A stretch of 64,000 nucleotides of DNA from Desulfobulbus sp. (GTDB lineage: Bacteria; Desulfobacterota; Desulfobulbia; Desulfobulbales; Desulfobulbaceae). A program made the translations under genes and the position numbers. The notes beneath the pieces are model-generated. The model saw nothing but the letters and a program-made list of their open reading frames with translations. It was not told the DNA's origin and made no database searches. Of the stretch, positions 19,609 through 29,263 are shown one piece after another. Where the stretch lies: NCBI GenBank assembly GCA_041622895.1, contig JBFJXW010000001.1, forward strand, positions 1,567 to 65,566, in the 5' to 3' direction. Positions within the stretch are counted from its first letter, which is position 1. The number at the start of each line of letters is the position of its first letter.

Positions 19609-21291
19609 ATGGCTGAAGGTGTGAATATGCTTGAACTGTTTGATGAATGGAAATTCTTGGCTGGACTGGGTATTTTTTTGTTCGGCATGTTCATGCTGGA
19701 GGAATCCATTAAACTGCTGGCCGGTCGGTCATTCAAGACCCTGATTCGCCGGTTTACCGACACGCGCCTCAAGGGTTTGACCACCGGGATGGTGACCACT
19801 GCCATCCTGCAAAGCAGTTCAGCTGTTTCCCTGATGGTACTGGCCTTTGTCGGGGCGGGCCTGATGTCGCTGGTCAACGCTATTTCTGTCATCATGGGCG
19901 CCATGGTCGGTACAACCTGCACCGCCTGGATCGTGGCAATATTCGGCTTTAAATTAAAAATTGACACCTTTGCCCTGCCGCTGGTCGGCCTCGGCGGACT
20001 GGGGTTGATCGTTTTTTCCAGCTCTGCCCGTTATGTCAATATAAGTAAACTGCTGGCGGCGTTCGGATTCCTCTTCCATGGCCTGGATTTCATGAAAACC
20101 AGCGTCGAAGCCTTTGCCGCTTCTGCCGGCGATCTCTCCTTGCTCCCCGACCTGGGGTTATGGGTTTATATCCTCGCCGGCATCGTCCTCACCGCCCTCA
20201 TGCAGTCCAGCTCCGCGACGATCGCCATCATTCTCACCACTCTGTTCTCAGGTATTATCGACTTCACACAGGGGGTCGGAATGGTCATTGGTGCCAATAT
20301 CGGCACTACGGTGACCATCCTGCTGGGTGCGATTGGCGGGACACCGGTCAAAAAACAGGCTGCGGCCAGTTCGCTGGTCTTCAATGCGGGCACGGCCCTG
20401 ATTATCCTGCCGATACTGCCCCTGCTGTTCTGGGCCATTAATGATGTTTTCGCCCTCGCCGATAATCCCGTTTTGGGCATAGCCCTCTTCCATACCTTGT
20501 TCAACGTTATCGGCGTCCTTTTTTTCTCCCCCTGGATCCCTGCTTTTGCCCGGTTGCTGCAACGTCTGTTCTCGGAAAAAAGAACGGTTCTAAGCCGATA
20601 CATCCACAACACCGCACCCCAGGTGCCGGAAGCGGCCGTCGCCGCCCTGCGCCATGAAATACGGCACCAGCTGCTCCTGTCGATCCGGTATATCGGTGTC
20701 CACTACGGCTTGCGGCCAGAGCAGGTGCGGGCGGCAGCGAACAGCACCAGACCTACCTATGAAGATCTGGAACGATTCCATGCGGAAATCTTTACCTTTT
20801 ATGCACAGATACAATCCCATGCAATCGATCAGCGCGAGGCGGTCCAGCTGGAACCGCTGATCCGGTCAAGCCGCAGCATCATGAATGCCACCAGGAATTT
20901 TTTTCAATTATTCCCGGAGGTCGAGGACATCGGCCGGGAAGACAAGCCCTTCCTGATCACGGCCTATCGGGACTTTCATGACCGGCTGGAGCTGGTGTGG
21001 ATCATCGTTGAAGGGGTGGCGGAACAATCTGATCCGGCCCGTCAGCACGATGAGCTGAACCGATTTTTCAAAGCCATCGAAGAGACGGACAAACACTTTA
21101 TCCGCTCCTGTTCCGCCTCGGTGGCCCAGGGGGTCATCCATGACTATGAAGTGACCAAACTGCTGATGATCAACCGGTTATTCACCCAGTCCTGCCGGAT
21201 GCTGGTGTTGAGCATGCAGGCCCTGATTGAAAATCACAACCGCGAGAGTTCCCCGGCGCCAACAATGAACGCTGATGCCCAGGTCGGCTGA
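19609..21291 (+). CDS. Na/Pi cotransporter family protein with C-terminal PhoU-like domain
   Basis: 560 aa. Duplicated ...LQSSSA(V/T)... NptA-type repeats in the membrane half and a helical soluble C-terminus, as in YjbB/NptA-like proteins. Confidence 0.85.
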   Translation: MAEGVNMLELFDEWKFLAGLGIFLFGMFMLEESIKLLAGRSFKTLIRRFTDTRLKGLTTGMVTTAILQSSSAVSLMVLAFVGAGLMSLVNAISVIMGAMVGTTCTAWIVAIFGFKLKIDTFALPLVGLGGLGLIVFSSSARYVNISKLLAAFGFLFHGLDFMKTSVEAFAASAGDLSLLPDLGLWVYILAGIVLTALMQSSSATIAIILTTLFSGIIDFTQGVGMVIGANIGTTVTILLGAIGGTPVKKQAAASSLVFNAGTALIILPILPLLFWAINDVFALADNPVLGIALFHTLFNVIGVLFFSPWIPAFARLLQRLFSEKRTVLSRYIHNTAPQVPEAAVAALRHEIRHQLLLSIRYIGVHYGLRPEQVRAAANSTRPTYEDLERFHAEIFTFYAQIQSHAIDQREAVQLEPLIRSSRSIMNATRNFFQLFPEVEDIGREDKPFLITAYRDFHDRLELVWIIVEGVAEQSDPARQHDELNRFFKAIEETDKHFIRSCSASVAQGVIHDYEVTKLLMINRLFTQSCRMLVLSMQALIENHNRESSPAPTMNADAQVG

Positions 21292-21388
21292 ACATTTCCG
21301 CCGCGCGCTCCACCCTGTCATCAGTGGGTGACAGGGGAGCGCATGCGCACGCTCCGACGGGGGGCACAGCAGCAAGAAAGAATGAAGA

Positions 21389-21418
21389 TTGGACAAATTG
21401 CGTAATTCGGAGTATAAT
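21389..21418 (+). promoter_or_regulatory. candidate sigma-70 promoter for prfC
   Basis: TTGGAC (21389-21394), 18-nt spacer, TATAAT (21413-21418), ~85 nt upstream of the prfC start. Confidence 0.35.
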
Positions 21419-21503
21419 TTTTGGTTCCGGTCGGATTCCGACCTCATTTTCTCCTCATCCCTTACAAGGGTCCAGACAGGCACCATACGGAAACGAAAGC
21501 AAC

Positions 21504-23093
21504 GTGAGCAGTCAACATCGCAAAGAAATAGAAAAACGACGAACCTTCGGCATCATCAGCCATCCCGATGCCGGTAAGACCACCCTGACCGAAAAGCTGC
21601 TGCTCTTCGGTGGCGCCATCCAGATGGCAGGCGCGGTCAAATCGCGCAAAACCGCGGTACATGCCACCAGCGACTGGATGGCGATTGAAAAGGAACGCGG
21701 TATTTCGGTCACGACCTCGGTGATGAAATTCAATTACCGGGACTACGAGATCAACCTGCTCGATACCCCCGGCCATCAGGATTTCTCCGAAGACACCTAT
21801 CGGGTACTGACCGCCGTGGATTCCGCCCTGATGGTCATCGACAGCGCCAAGGGCGTCGAGACCCAGACCACCAAACTGATGGAGGTCTGTCGGATGCGCA
21901 ATACCCCGATCATCACCTTCATCAACAAGCTGGACCGCGACGGCATGGATCCCCTGGATATCCTCGCCGATATCGAGGAAAAGCTGCAGATCGAATGCGT
22001 GCCGCTTTCCTGGCCCATCGGCATGGGAAAGGGCTTCAAGGGCGTGTACGATCTGCATCGCAAGCAGATCACCCTCTTTACCCCCAGCCAGGATACCCGC
22101 CCCGAAGACGCCATTGTGGTCCAGGATCTTGCCGATCCTAAGCTGGACAGCCTGCTCGGCCAGTTCGCCGCGGAAAAACTGCGCGAGGATATCGAACTCC
22201 TGCAGGGTGCGGCCAACCCCTTTGAATACGAACAGTATCTCAAGGCCGGCCAGACACCGGTCTTCTTTGGCAGCGCCATCAACAACTTCGGGGTGCGAGA
22301 ACTGCTCGACGCCTTTGTTGAACTCTCTCCCGCTCCCGGTCCGCGGGCCACCCTGACCCGAATGGTCGACCCCGAGGAAGAAACCTTCAGCGGCTTCACC
22401 TTTAAGATCCAGGCGAACATGGACCCGGCTCACCGGGACCGGATTGCCTTTTTCCGCATCTGTTCCGGCAAATTCGTCCGCGGCATGAAGGTTATGCATC
22501 ACCGCCTGGGCAAGGAAGTGAATCTGAGCAATGCCACGGTCTTCATGGCCCAGAACCGCTCCCATGTCGACGAGGCTTATCCGGGCGATATTATTGGCAT
22601 CCATAACCACGGCACCATCAAGATCGGCGACACCTTCACCGACAAGGAAGAGCTCAAGTTCACCGGTATCCCCAATTTTGCCCCGGAACATTTTCGGCGG
22701 GTGGTCCTGAAAAATCCGCTCAAGATGAAACAACTGCAGAAGGGGCTGCTGCAGATGGCGGAAGAAGGCGCGGTCCAGGTCTTCCGGCCTATTGTCGGCA
22801 ATGACTATATCCTCGGCGCGGTCGGCGTCCTGCAGTTCGAAGTGACCATGACCCGGCTCAAAGACGAATACGGGGTCGAGGTCGCCTATGAGCCCCTCAG
22901 CTACACCCTGGCCCGTTGGGTACACAGCGAGAACAAGCAGCAGCTGCGGGAGTTTGAAAAGAAATACCAGTTCAACCTCGCCCTGGATGCCGAAGGCCAT
23001 CTCTCCTATCTGGCCGAGGGCAGCTGGCGGTTGGCCCACACCCAGGAATTGTTCCCCGAGGTGGAATTCCACAACACCAGGGAATCGGTCTAG
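21504..23093 (+). CDS. prfC: peptide chain release factor 3
   Basis: Starts (V)[32 protein letters not shown] (G1 motif), then DTPGHQDF and NKLD GTPase motifs. GTG at 21504 chosen because upstream residues of the track ORF are non-homologous. Confidence 0.95.
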   Translation: MSSQHRKEIEKRRTFGIISHPDAGKTTLTEKLLLFGGAIQMAGAVKSRKTAVHATSDWMAIEKERGISVTTSVMKFNYRDYEINLLDTPGHQDFSEDTYRVLTAVDSALMVIDSAKGVETQTTKLMEVCRMRNTPIITFINKLDRDGMDPLDILADIEEKLQIECVPLSWPIGMGKGFKGVYDLHRKQITLFTPSQDTRPEDAIVVQDLADPKLDSLLGQFAAEKLREDIELLQGAANPFEYEQYLKAGQTPVFFGSAINNFGVRELLDAFVELSPAPGPRATLTRMVDPEEETFSGFTFKIQANMDPAHRDRIAFFRICSGKFVRGMKVMHHRLGKEVNLSNATVFMAQNRSHVDEAYPGDIIGIHNHGTIKIGDTFTDKEELKFTGIPNFAPEHFRRVVLKNPLKMKQLQKGLLQMAEEGAVQVFRPIVGNDYILGAVGVLQFEVTMTRLKDEYGVEVAYEPLSYTLARWVHSENKQQLREFEKKYQFNLALDAEGHLSYLAEGSWRLAHTQELFPEVEFHNTRESV

Positions 23094-23154
23094 ACAGCCC
23101 GCTGCCGCCTGCTGTCATGCACTCCTGCCCGCCATCGACTGCCTGCCGCCAACC

Positions 23155-24750
23155 GTGATCCTGCTCGTTGCCCCACCCGTGGCCAAACCGGGCGAGCCAC
23201 CCGCCGGCATTGCCCAATTGGCGGGCACCCTGCGTCATCATTCCGTCCCCTGCACCCTCCTGGACGCCAGCCTGGAGGGGTTGCTTTTCCTTATCGAGGC
23301 TGCCGGCAATCCCGAGGATACCTGGTCGTTGCGAGCCCTGCGCCACCGTGATGCCAACCTGGCGGCCCTCCGTTCCCCCTCGCTCTACGGCAACATTGAC
23401 CGCTACCAGCGGGCAGTGCGCGATTGCAATCGCGTCCTGGAACTGGCGGCCCGCTCTCACCCCACACTCAGTCTCAATTTCTCCAACTATCAGGATACCG
23501 GTGCCAACCCGCTGAACAGCGAGGAACTGCTCAAAGCTGCGCAAACCTATTCCAGCAATATCTTTTTCCCGTACTTCCAGCAACGGCTGCCCGCCCTGCT
23601 GGAGACAACCAACCCCCATTGGGTCGGCATCTCCCTTTCTTATCTCAGCCAGGCCCTGTGCACCTTTGCCCTGCTCGGCTACCTCAAGGCACATTTTCCC
23701 CAGCTGACGCTGATTCTGGGCGGCGGCCTGATCACCTCATGGATGAGCAGCCCGGAGTGGAGCGACCCCTTCAGCGGCCTGGTCGATCACTGTATTGCCG
23801 GGCCGGGCGAGGCACCGCTGCTCAAGCTCCTGGGAATCGAGGAAACAGCGGATGAGCTGCTGCCGGAGTACACCGGCCTGCCCATGGACACGTATCTCGC
23901 CCCCGGCCCCATCCTGCCCTATGCCGCATCCCGCGGCTGCTACTGGAATAAGTGTTCCTTCTGTCCGGAACCCGCGGAACAAAACCGCTACAGCCAGACC
24001 AGTCCGGCCACGGTCGTGTCCCATCTGCACCACCTGTGCGACCAACTGCAGCCGGTACTCATCCATCTGCTCGACAACGCGGTCAGCCCGGCGCTGATGC
24101 AGAGACTGTGCGATGATCCACCCGGTGCCCCCTGGTACGGTTTTGCCCGTGTCCACGAACAGCTGGCCGACGAGGCCTATTGCCGGCGCTTGCGCCTGTC
24201 CGGGTGTGTCCTGCTCAAACTCGGCCTGGAATCCGGCAACCAGGAGGTCCTGGAAACCATGCACAAGGGCATCCGCCTGGATCTGGTGGCACGGGTACTC
24301 ACGGCTCTGCAGCGAGCCGGTATTGCCACCTATGTGTACCTGCTCTTCGGCACCCCTTCGGAATCGCTGATCGAGGCCCGCCAGACCCTGGATTTCACCC
24401 TGCGCCATCACCAGGCCATCACCTTTCTCAATCTGGCCATCTTTAACATGCCCATAACCGGCGAGGATGCACGCCGCTTGCAGGCTGGCGAATTCTATGA
24501 AGGCGATCTGTCGCTCTACCGCGATTTTGTCCATCCCCGCGGCTGGGACCGGCGGTCGATCCGAACCTTTCTCGATCGGGAGTTCAAGCGCCATCCCTTG
24601 ATCACTCCCATTCTCCGCCGCGACCCGCCTCTGTTCACCTCCAATCATGCCGCCTTTTTCAGCGGAGATTTTCCCTGGCCGGGAACTCGCGAAAAGAAAA
24701 AAAAACACACGCCCCGTCCTCACTTTGAAGCGGAAAAAAATCGCCTTTAA
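23155..24750 (+). CDS. B12-binding-domain radical SAM protein, function unknown
   Basis: N-terminal ILLVAPPVAKPGEPPAGIAQLAG (cobalamin-binding-like Rossmann start) and cluster motif RGCYWNKCSFCPE. There is no in-frame ATG after the prfC stop; GTG 23155 (or 23179) is the assumed start. Confidence 0.75.
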   Translation: MILLVAPPVAKPGEPPAGIAQLAGTLRHHSVPCTLLDASLEGLLFLIEAAGNPEDTWSLRALRHRDANLAALRSPSLYGNIDRYQRAVRDCNRVLELAARSHPTLSLNFSNYQDTGANPLNSEELLKAAQTYSSNIFFPYFQQRLPALLETTNPHWVGISLSYLSQALCTFALLGYLKAHFPQLTLILGGGLITSWMSSPEWSDPFSGLVDHCIAGPGEAPLLKLLGIEETADELLPEYTGLPMDTYLAPGPILPYAASRGCYWNKCSFCPEPAEQNRYSQTSPATVVSHLHHLCDQLQPVLIHLLDNAVSPALMQRLCDDPPGAPWYGFARVHEQLADEAYCRRLRLSGCVLLKLGLESGNQEVLETMHKGIRLDLVARVLTALQRAGIATYVYLLFGTPSESLIEARQTLDFTLRHHQAITFLNLAIFNMPITGEDARRLQAGEFYEGDLSLYRDFVHPRGWDRRSIRTFLDREFKRHPLITPILRRDPPLFTSNHAAFFSGDFPWPGTREKKKKHTPRPHFEAEKNRL

Positions 24751-24893
24751 TGCTAGGTTGCAGACTGCGGCCCACCTGATTTGCCGCAAGAAAGTGTTGG
24801 CCGCCGCGACTCGCACGCGGCCGGCAGTCTGACTCGACCGCTTCTCCGGCTCTTTGCCGGTTGTGCTCCACATCTGGAAAAAAGGAAAAGATC

Positions 24894-27800
24894 ATGCCTT
24901 CTATCGTCACCCAGCTCTACCGCCGGATCAAACCGAACCTCACCCATTGTTTTCATGTCGAATCCAGCCGCACGCTGCAACCGGAGGAGCTGGAACGGCT
25001 GCGCCTGATCCTGGCCGACGGCTTCCTCATCGATACCGTGTCGCTGCAACCGATTCTACAGGGAGAGCGGGTGGTCGAGGTCGGCCCCCGGCTCAACTTT
25101 GCCACCGCCTGGTCCTCCAACATGGTATCCATCTGCCAGGCCGTTGGCCTGGACAGCATCTCTCGAGTGGAGCGGTCCCGCCGCTATCTCGTTCCTGAGG
25201 ACGAAGACCTGCAGACGTTCATCGACACCCACCATGACCGGATGACCGAGTGCGTCTATACCGGTCCGCTGACCACGTTCGAGACCGGTATCGTCCCGGA
25301 ACCGGTGTACGAGATTGATCTCATGAGCAAGGGGCCGGACGGCCTGCTCGAAATTCCCGGCATTTCCATGGACCAGTGGGATCGCGAGCTGTATTACCGC
25401 TACTTTGTCGAGCGCTGCCACCGCAACCCGACCATCGTTGAGATCATGGATCTCAACAACGCCAATTCCGAACACTCCCGCCACGGTTTTTTCCGCGGCA
25501 AACAGGTGATCGACGACAAGGAATACGACAAAACCCTGTTTCAGGTGGTCACCGACACCCTCAAAGCCAATCCCAAGGGCAGCAAGGTAGCCTTCAAGGA
25601 TAACTCCAGTGTCATTCAGGGCCACACCATCCACACCCTGCATCCCCAGCAACCGGGATGCCCCTCGGCCCTGCAGCCGGCGGAGGTCTGCTACCATCCC
25701 CTGCTGACCGCCGAGACCCATAATTTCCCCACCGGCGTGGCCCCCTTTCCCGGCGCGGAAACCGGGACCGGCGGCCGCATACGCGATGTCCAGGGCACCG
25801 GACGCGGCGGTTTTGTCATGGCGGGCACTGCCGGCTACTGCGTGGCCAATCTCCATATCCCCGACTATCCCCTGGAGTGGGAGAACCGCTACACCTGCCC
25901 GGACAGCCTGGCCCCGGCCCTGGAGATCGAGATCGAGGCCAGCAACGGTGCCTCGGATTACGGCAACAAATTCGGAGAACCCTTGATCCAGGGTTTTACC
26001 CGCTCTTTTGACCTGCGCCTGGAAAACGGCGAACGGTGGGGTTTTCTCAAACCTATCATGTTCACCGCCGGCGTCGGCCAGATAGATGACCGGCACACCG
26101 AGAAGATGACCGCGACCAAAGGAATGCTCATCGTTCAGGTGGGTGGTCCGGCCTACCGGGTCGGGTTCGGCGGCGGCGCGGCCTCGAGCATGATGCAGGG
26201 CGAGAACGAGTCAAAGCTCGATTTCGATGCGGTCCAGCGCGGCGATGCCGAGATGGAACAGAAAATGAACCGGGTCATCCGCGCCTGCAACGAAATGGGC
26301 GACCGCAGCCTGATCGATGTCATCCATGACCAAGGCGCCGGAGGTCCGGCCAATGTGCTCAAGGAGCTGGTCGAACATGCAGGCGGCCGGGTCGAGATCC
26401 GCAACATCCGGGTGGGCGATCCCACCATGTCGGTGCTGGAGATCTATGTGGCCGAATACCAGGAACGCACCGGCTTCCTCATCAGCCCGGAGAACATCGA
26501 CCAATTCCAGGCCATTTGCGACCGGGAAAAGGTGGCGTGCGAGGTCCTGGGCGAGGTCACCGGCGACCTACGTTTTATTGTCCATGACAGCCAGGACGGC
26601 TCCACCCCGGTGGATATCGAGATCCCCCACCTGCTCGGTGATATTCCGCAGAAAACCTTTACCGACCATCGCTCTACCGCAGCCCTGCAGCCTTTTGCCC
26701 CCCCTGCCAAGCTGAGCGTCCGCGATGCCTTGCACAACGTACTGCGGCTGGTTTCGGTCGGTTCGAAACGCTTCCTCACCAACAAGGTGGACCGGGCGGT
26801 CACCGGTCTGATTGCCCAGCAGCAGTGCTGCGGCCCCCTGCAGTTGACCGTGGCCGATGTGGCCATTGTGGCCCAGAGTCATTTCGGCCTCACCGGTATG
26901 GCCACGGCCATCGGTGAGCAGCCCATCAAGATGCTGGTCAACCCGGCGGCCGGTGCGCGCATGGCGGTGGGCGAATCCCTGACCAACCTGGTCTGGGCCA
27001 AGATCGACGACCTCCAGCAGGTCAAATGTTCGGCGAACTGGATGTGGGCCCCGAAACTTGCCGGTGAAGGTGCGGCTCTGCGCGACGCGGCCGAGGCCAT
27101 GGCTGAAGCGATGATTGCCATCGGCATGGCCGTTGACGGCGGCAAGGACAGCCTGTCCATGGCCACCATGGTGGACAAAGAGACAGTCAAGTCACCGCGA
27201 GAGCTGGTAATTTCGGCCTATGCAGCCATGGGAGACATCCGCAAGAAGGTCACCCCGGACATCAAGGAGCCAGGCTCCGTCCTGGTGTACATCGATCTGG
27301 CCGCCGGGCACCACCGGCTGGGCGGCAGCGCCCTGGCGCAGACCTGTGGACAGATCGGCAACGAGGTTCCGGACATGGAAGACCCCGCTGTGATCAAACA
27401 GGCTTTCCTCGCTGTCCAGGAAATGATCGATCAGGGCCTGATTCTGGCCGGTCATGACCGCAGCGACGGCGGCCTGATTACCACGGTGCTGGAAATGGCC
27501 TTCAGCGGCAACTGCGGCCTCAATCTGGCCCTGAACGGATCGGCCACTGTCATCGAGGCCCTGTTTGCCGAGGAACTGGGCCTGGTGATCGAGTGCCGGT
27601 GGAACCACCTGGCCGCAGTGAAAAAACGGCTGGACCGAGACAAGCTGCCCTGCGCGGTTCTGGGCGCCACCACGATAAAAAAAGCCATTACCCTCCAGTA
27701 CAACGGAGAACTGGTACTGGACGACTCCATGGAAGTCCTGCGCCAGTGGTGGGAGGAAACTTCCTATCAGCTGGAACGGCTGCAGGTCAATCCTGACTGT

Positions 27801-28694
27801 GCCGATGCGGAAAAAGCTCACATTTTCGACCGGAAAGGGCCGGAGTACCAGCTCAGTTTCAAACCGCAGGCCACAGCGGCCACTATCCTTGATGCAAAGG
27901 ACAAGCCCAAGGTGGCCATCCTCCGCGATGAAGGCTCCAACTCGGATCGGGAGATGAGTTCCGCCTTTTTCAGTGCCGGATTCGAACCCTGGGATGTGAC
28001 CATGACCGATCTGCTGAGCGGCCGGATCGACCTTGCGGGATTCCGCGGACTGGCCGCAGTGGGCGGCTTTTCCTATGCCGACGTGCCGGAAAGCGCCAAG
28101 GGCTGGGCAGCGACCATTCTGTTCAACGAGCGGCTGAAAGAGCAGTTCCAGGCCTTCTACAACAGGCCGGACACCTTCACCCTGGGCATCTGCAACGGCT
28201 GCCAGCTGTTCGGCCTGCTCGGCTGGGTGCCCTGGCAGGGCATTGCGCCGGAAAAGCAACCGCGCTTTATCCGCAACCTCAGCGGACGCTTCGAGTCCCG
28301 ATGGGCCACGGTAAAAGTTCTGCCGAGCACCTCCATCATGCTCCAGGGCATGGAGGATTTGACCTTCGGCATCCATGTCGATCACGGCGAAGGGTTTCTC
28401 CACTTTCCCGACCCGAGCGTCAAAGAACGGGTACTGGCCGAACAGATGGCAGCCGTGGTGTATGTAGATGACAACGGTGCGGCCACCGAGGCCTACCCCT
28501 TCAATCCCAACGGCTCCCCCGGCGGACTCACCGCCCTCTGTTCACCCGATGGCCGCCACTTGGCCATGATGCCGCATCCGGAACGAACCTTCCTCCCCTG
28601 GCAGGCACACTGGCTGCCGCGGGAGATGCACAACCTGGAAGTCAGCCCCTGGTTGATGATGTTCCAGAATGCCTATGCGTGGTGCGTGAAATAA
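24894..28694 (+). CDS. purL: phosphoribosylformylglycinamidine synthase, single-chain large form
   Basis: ~1266 aa. Contains FGAM synthetase ATP-grasp-like repeats and a C-terminal glutaminase (GICNGCQ catalytic Cys, MMPHPER). Start at the ATG at 24894 after GGAAAAG. Confidence 0.96.
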   Translation: MPSIVTQLYRRIKPNLTHCFHVESSRTLQPEELERLRLILADGFLIDTVSLQPILQGERVVEVGPRLNFATAWSSNMVSICQAVGLDSISRVERSRRYLVPEDEDLQTFIDTHHDRMTECVYTGPLTTFETGIVPEPVYEIDLMSKGPDGLLEIPGISMDQWDRELYYRYFVERCHRNPTIVEIMDLNNANSEHSRHGFFRGKQVIDDKEYDKTLFQVVTDTLKANPKGSKVAFKDNSSVIQGHTIHTLHPQQPGCPSALQPAEVCYHPLLTAETHNFPTGVAPFPGAETGTGGRIRDVQGTGRGGFVMAGTAGYCVANLHIPDYPLEWENRYTCPDSLAPALEIEIEASNGASDYGNKFGEPLIQGFTRSFDLRLENGERWGFLKPIMFTAGVGQIDDRHTEKMTATKGMLIVQVGGPAYRVGFGGGAASSMMQGENESKLDFDAVQRGDAEMEQKMNRVIRACNEMGDRSLIDVIHDQGAGGPANVLKELVEHAGGRVEIRNIRVGDPTMSVLEIYVAEYQERTGFLISPENIDQFQAICDREKVACEVLGEVTGDLRFIVHDSQDGSTPVDIEIPHLLGDIPQKTFTDHRSTAALQPFAPPAKLSVRDALHNVLRLVSVGSKRFLTNKVDRAVTGLIAQQQCCGPLQLTVADVAIVAQSHFGLTGMATAIGEQPIKMLVNPAAGARMAVGESLTNLVWAKIDDLQQVKCSANWMWAPKLAGEGAALRDAAEAMAEAMIAIGMAVDGGKDSLSMATMVDKETVKSPRELVISAYAAMGDIRKKVTPDIKEPGSVLVYIDLAAGHHRLGGSALAQTCGQIGNEVPDMEDPAVIKQAFLAVQEMIDQGLILAGHDRSDGGLITTVLEMAFSGNCGLNLALNGSATVIEALFAEELGLVIECRWNHLAAVKKRLDRDKLPCAVLGATTIKKAITLQYNGELVLDDSMEVLRQWWEETSYQLERLQVNPDCADAEKAHIFDRKGPEYQLSFKPQATAATILDAKDKPKVAILRDEGSNSDREMSSAFFSAGFEPWDVTMTDLLSGRIDLAGFRGLAAVGGFSYADVPESAKGWAATILFNERLKEQFQAFYNRPDTFTLGICNGCQLFGLLGWVPWQGIAPEKQPRFIRNLSGRFESRWATVKVLPSTSIMLQGMEDLTFGIHVDHGEGFLHFPDPSVKERVLAEQMAAVVYVDDNGAATEAYPFNPNGSPGGLTALCSPDGRHLAMMPHPERTFLPWQAHWLPREMHNLEVSPWLMMFQNAYAWCVK

Positions 28695-28711
28695 TTTTCC
28701 TTACGTGACAG

Positions 28712-28748
28712 CCCTCTGCCGGATATCCGGCAGGGGGCATCCCTTTTG
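28712..28748 (+). terminator. intrinsic terminator after purL
   Basis: CCCTCTGCCGG-ATAT-CCGGCAGGGGG hairpin (28712-28737), then CATCCCTTTTG. Confidence 0.5.
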
Positions 28749-28762
28749 ATTGCTCAGAGAGA

Positions 28763-29263
28763 ATGGCCATGCCCTCGATGAAATCCCCGATGCCGCCTGT
28801 CGCCCTGTTTCTCCACGGCCTTGACTCGTCGAGCCGAGGCACCAAGGGGCAGTGGCTCCGTCGCCATTTTCCGTCCGTGCACATGCACGACTACCAGGGT
28901 GCGCTGGAAGAACGCCTGGCGCAACTGGAAACCGAGGTCGCAGGCCAAAACAACCTCATTCTGGTGGGGTCGAGCTTCGGCGGGCTGATGGCTGCCTGCT
29001 TTGCCATCAACCATCCTCACCGGGTCCGACGACTGATCCTGCTGGCCCCGGCGCTTAACTTCGGCGGCTACCAACCCCCGGCCACGCCCCTTGCCGTGCC
29101 CGCGCTGCTGGTCATGGGTCAGTTTGACACCGTCTGTCCGCCGGACCTGGTTCTGCCCCAGGCCCGGGCCACCTTCAGTTCGCTTACGGTGCGCATCGAA
29201 GATGATGATCACATGCTGCACCGCACCTTCCCCACCCTGGACTGGCCGCACCTCCTTATCTGA
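28763..29263 (+). CDS. small alpha/beta-fold hydrolase (YqiA-like esterase)
   Basis: 166 aa. LFLHGLDSS..., nucleophile elbow GSSFGG, C-terminal DDDHML. 8-nt convergent overlap with the vWA gene. Confidence 0.7.
   Translation: MAMPSMKSPMPPVALFLHGLDSSSRGTKGQWLRRHFPSVHMHDYQGALEERLAQLETEVAGQNNLILVGSSFGGLMAACFAINHPHRVRRLILLAPALNFGGYQPPATPLAVPALLVMGQFDTVCPPDLVLPQARATFSSLTVRIEDDDHMLHRTFPTLDWPHLLI

Noticed and set aside
21462-23072. 536-aa ORF antisense to prfC. Similar long antisense ORFs: 27192-28403, 25056-26096, 23737-24873, 22972-23694, 10022-11476, 5944-6945, 7287-8258, 8433-9311, 40633-41805, 39554-40711, 44186-45226, 46643-47998, 60023-61000, 63228-63983.
   Set aside because: Each lies entirely opposite a gene with unmistakable family motifs. 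Their translations are Gly/Arg/His/Asp/Gln-rich with no recognisable motifs, typical of shadow ORFs in GC-rich coding DNA.
24693-24707. A-run (aaagaaaaaaaaaca) near the 3' end of the radical-SAM gene as a slippage or phase-variation site.
   Set aside because: The homopolymer is short (9 A) and sits in the last ~20 codons. It encodes a plausible Lys-rich tail, and nothing suggests frameshifting.
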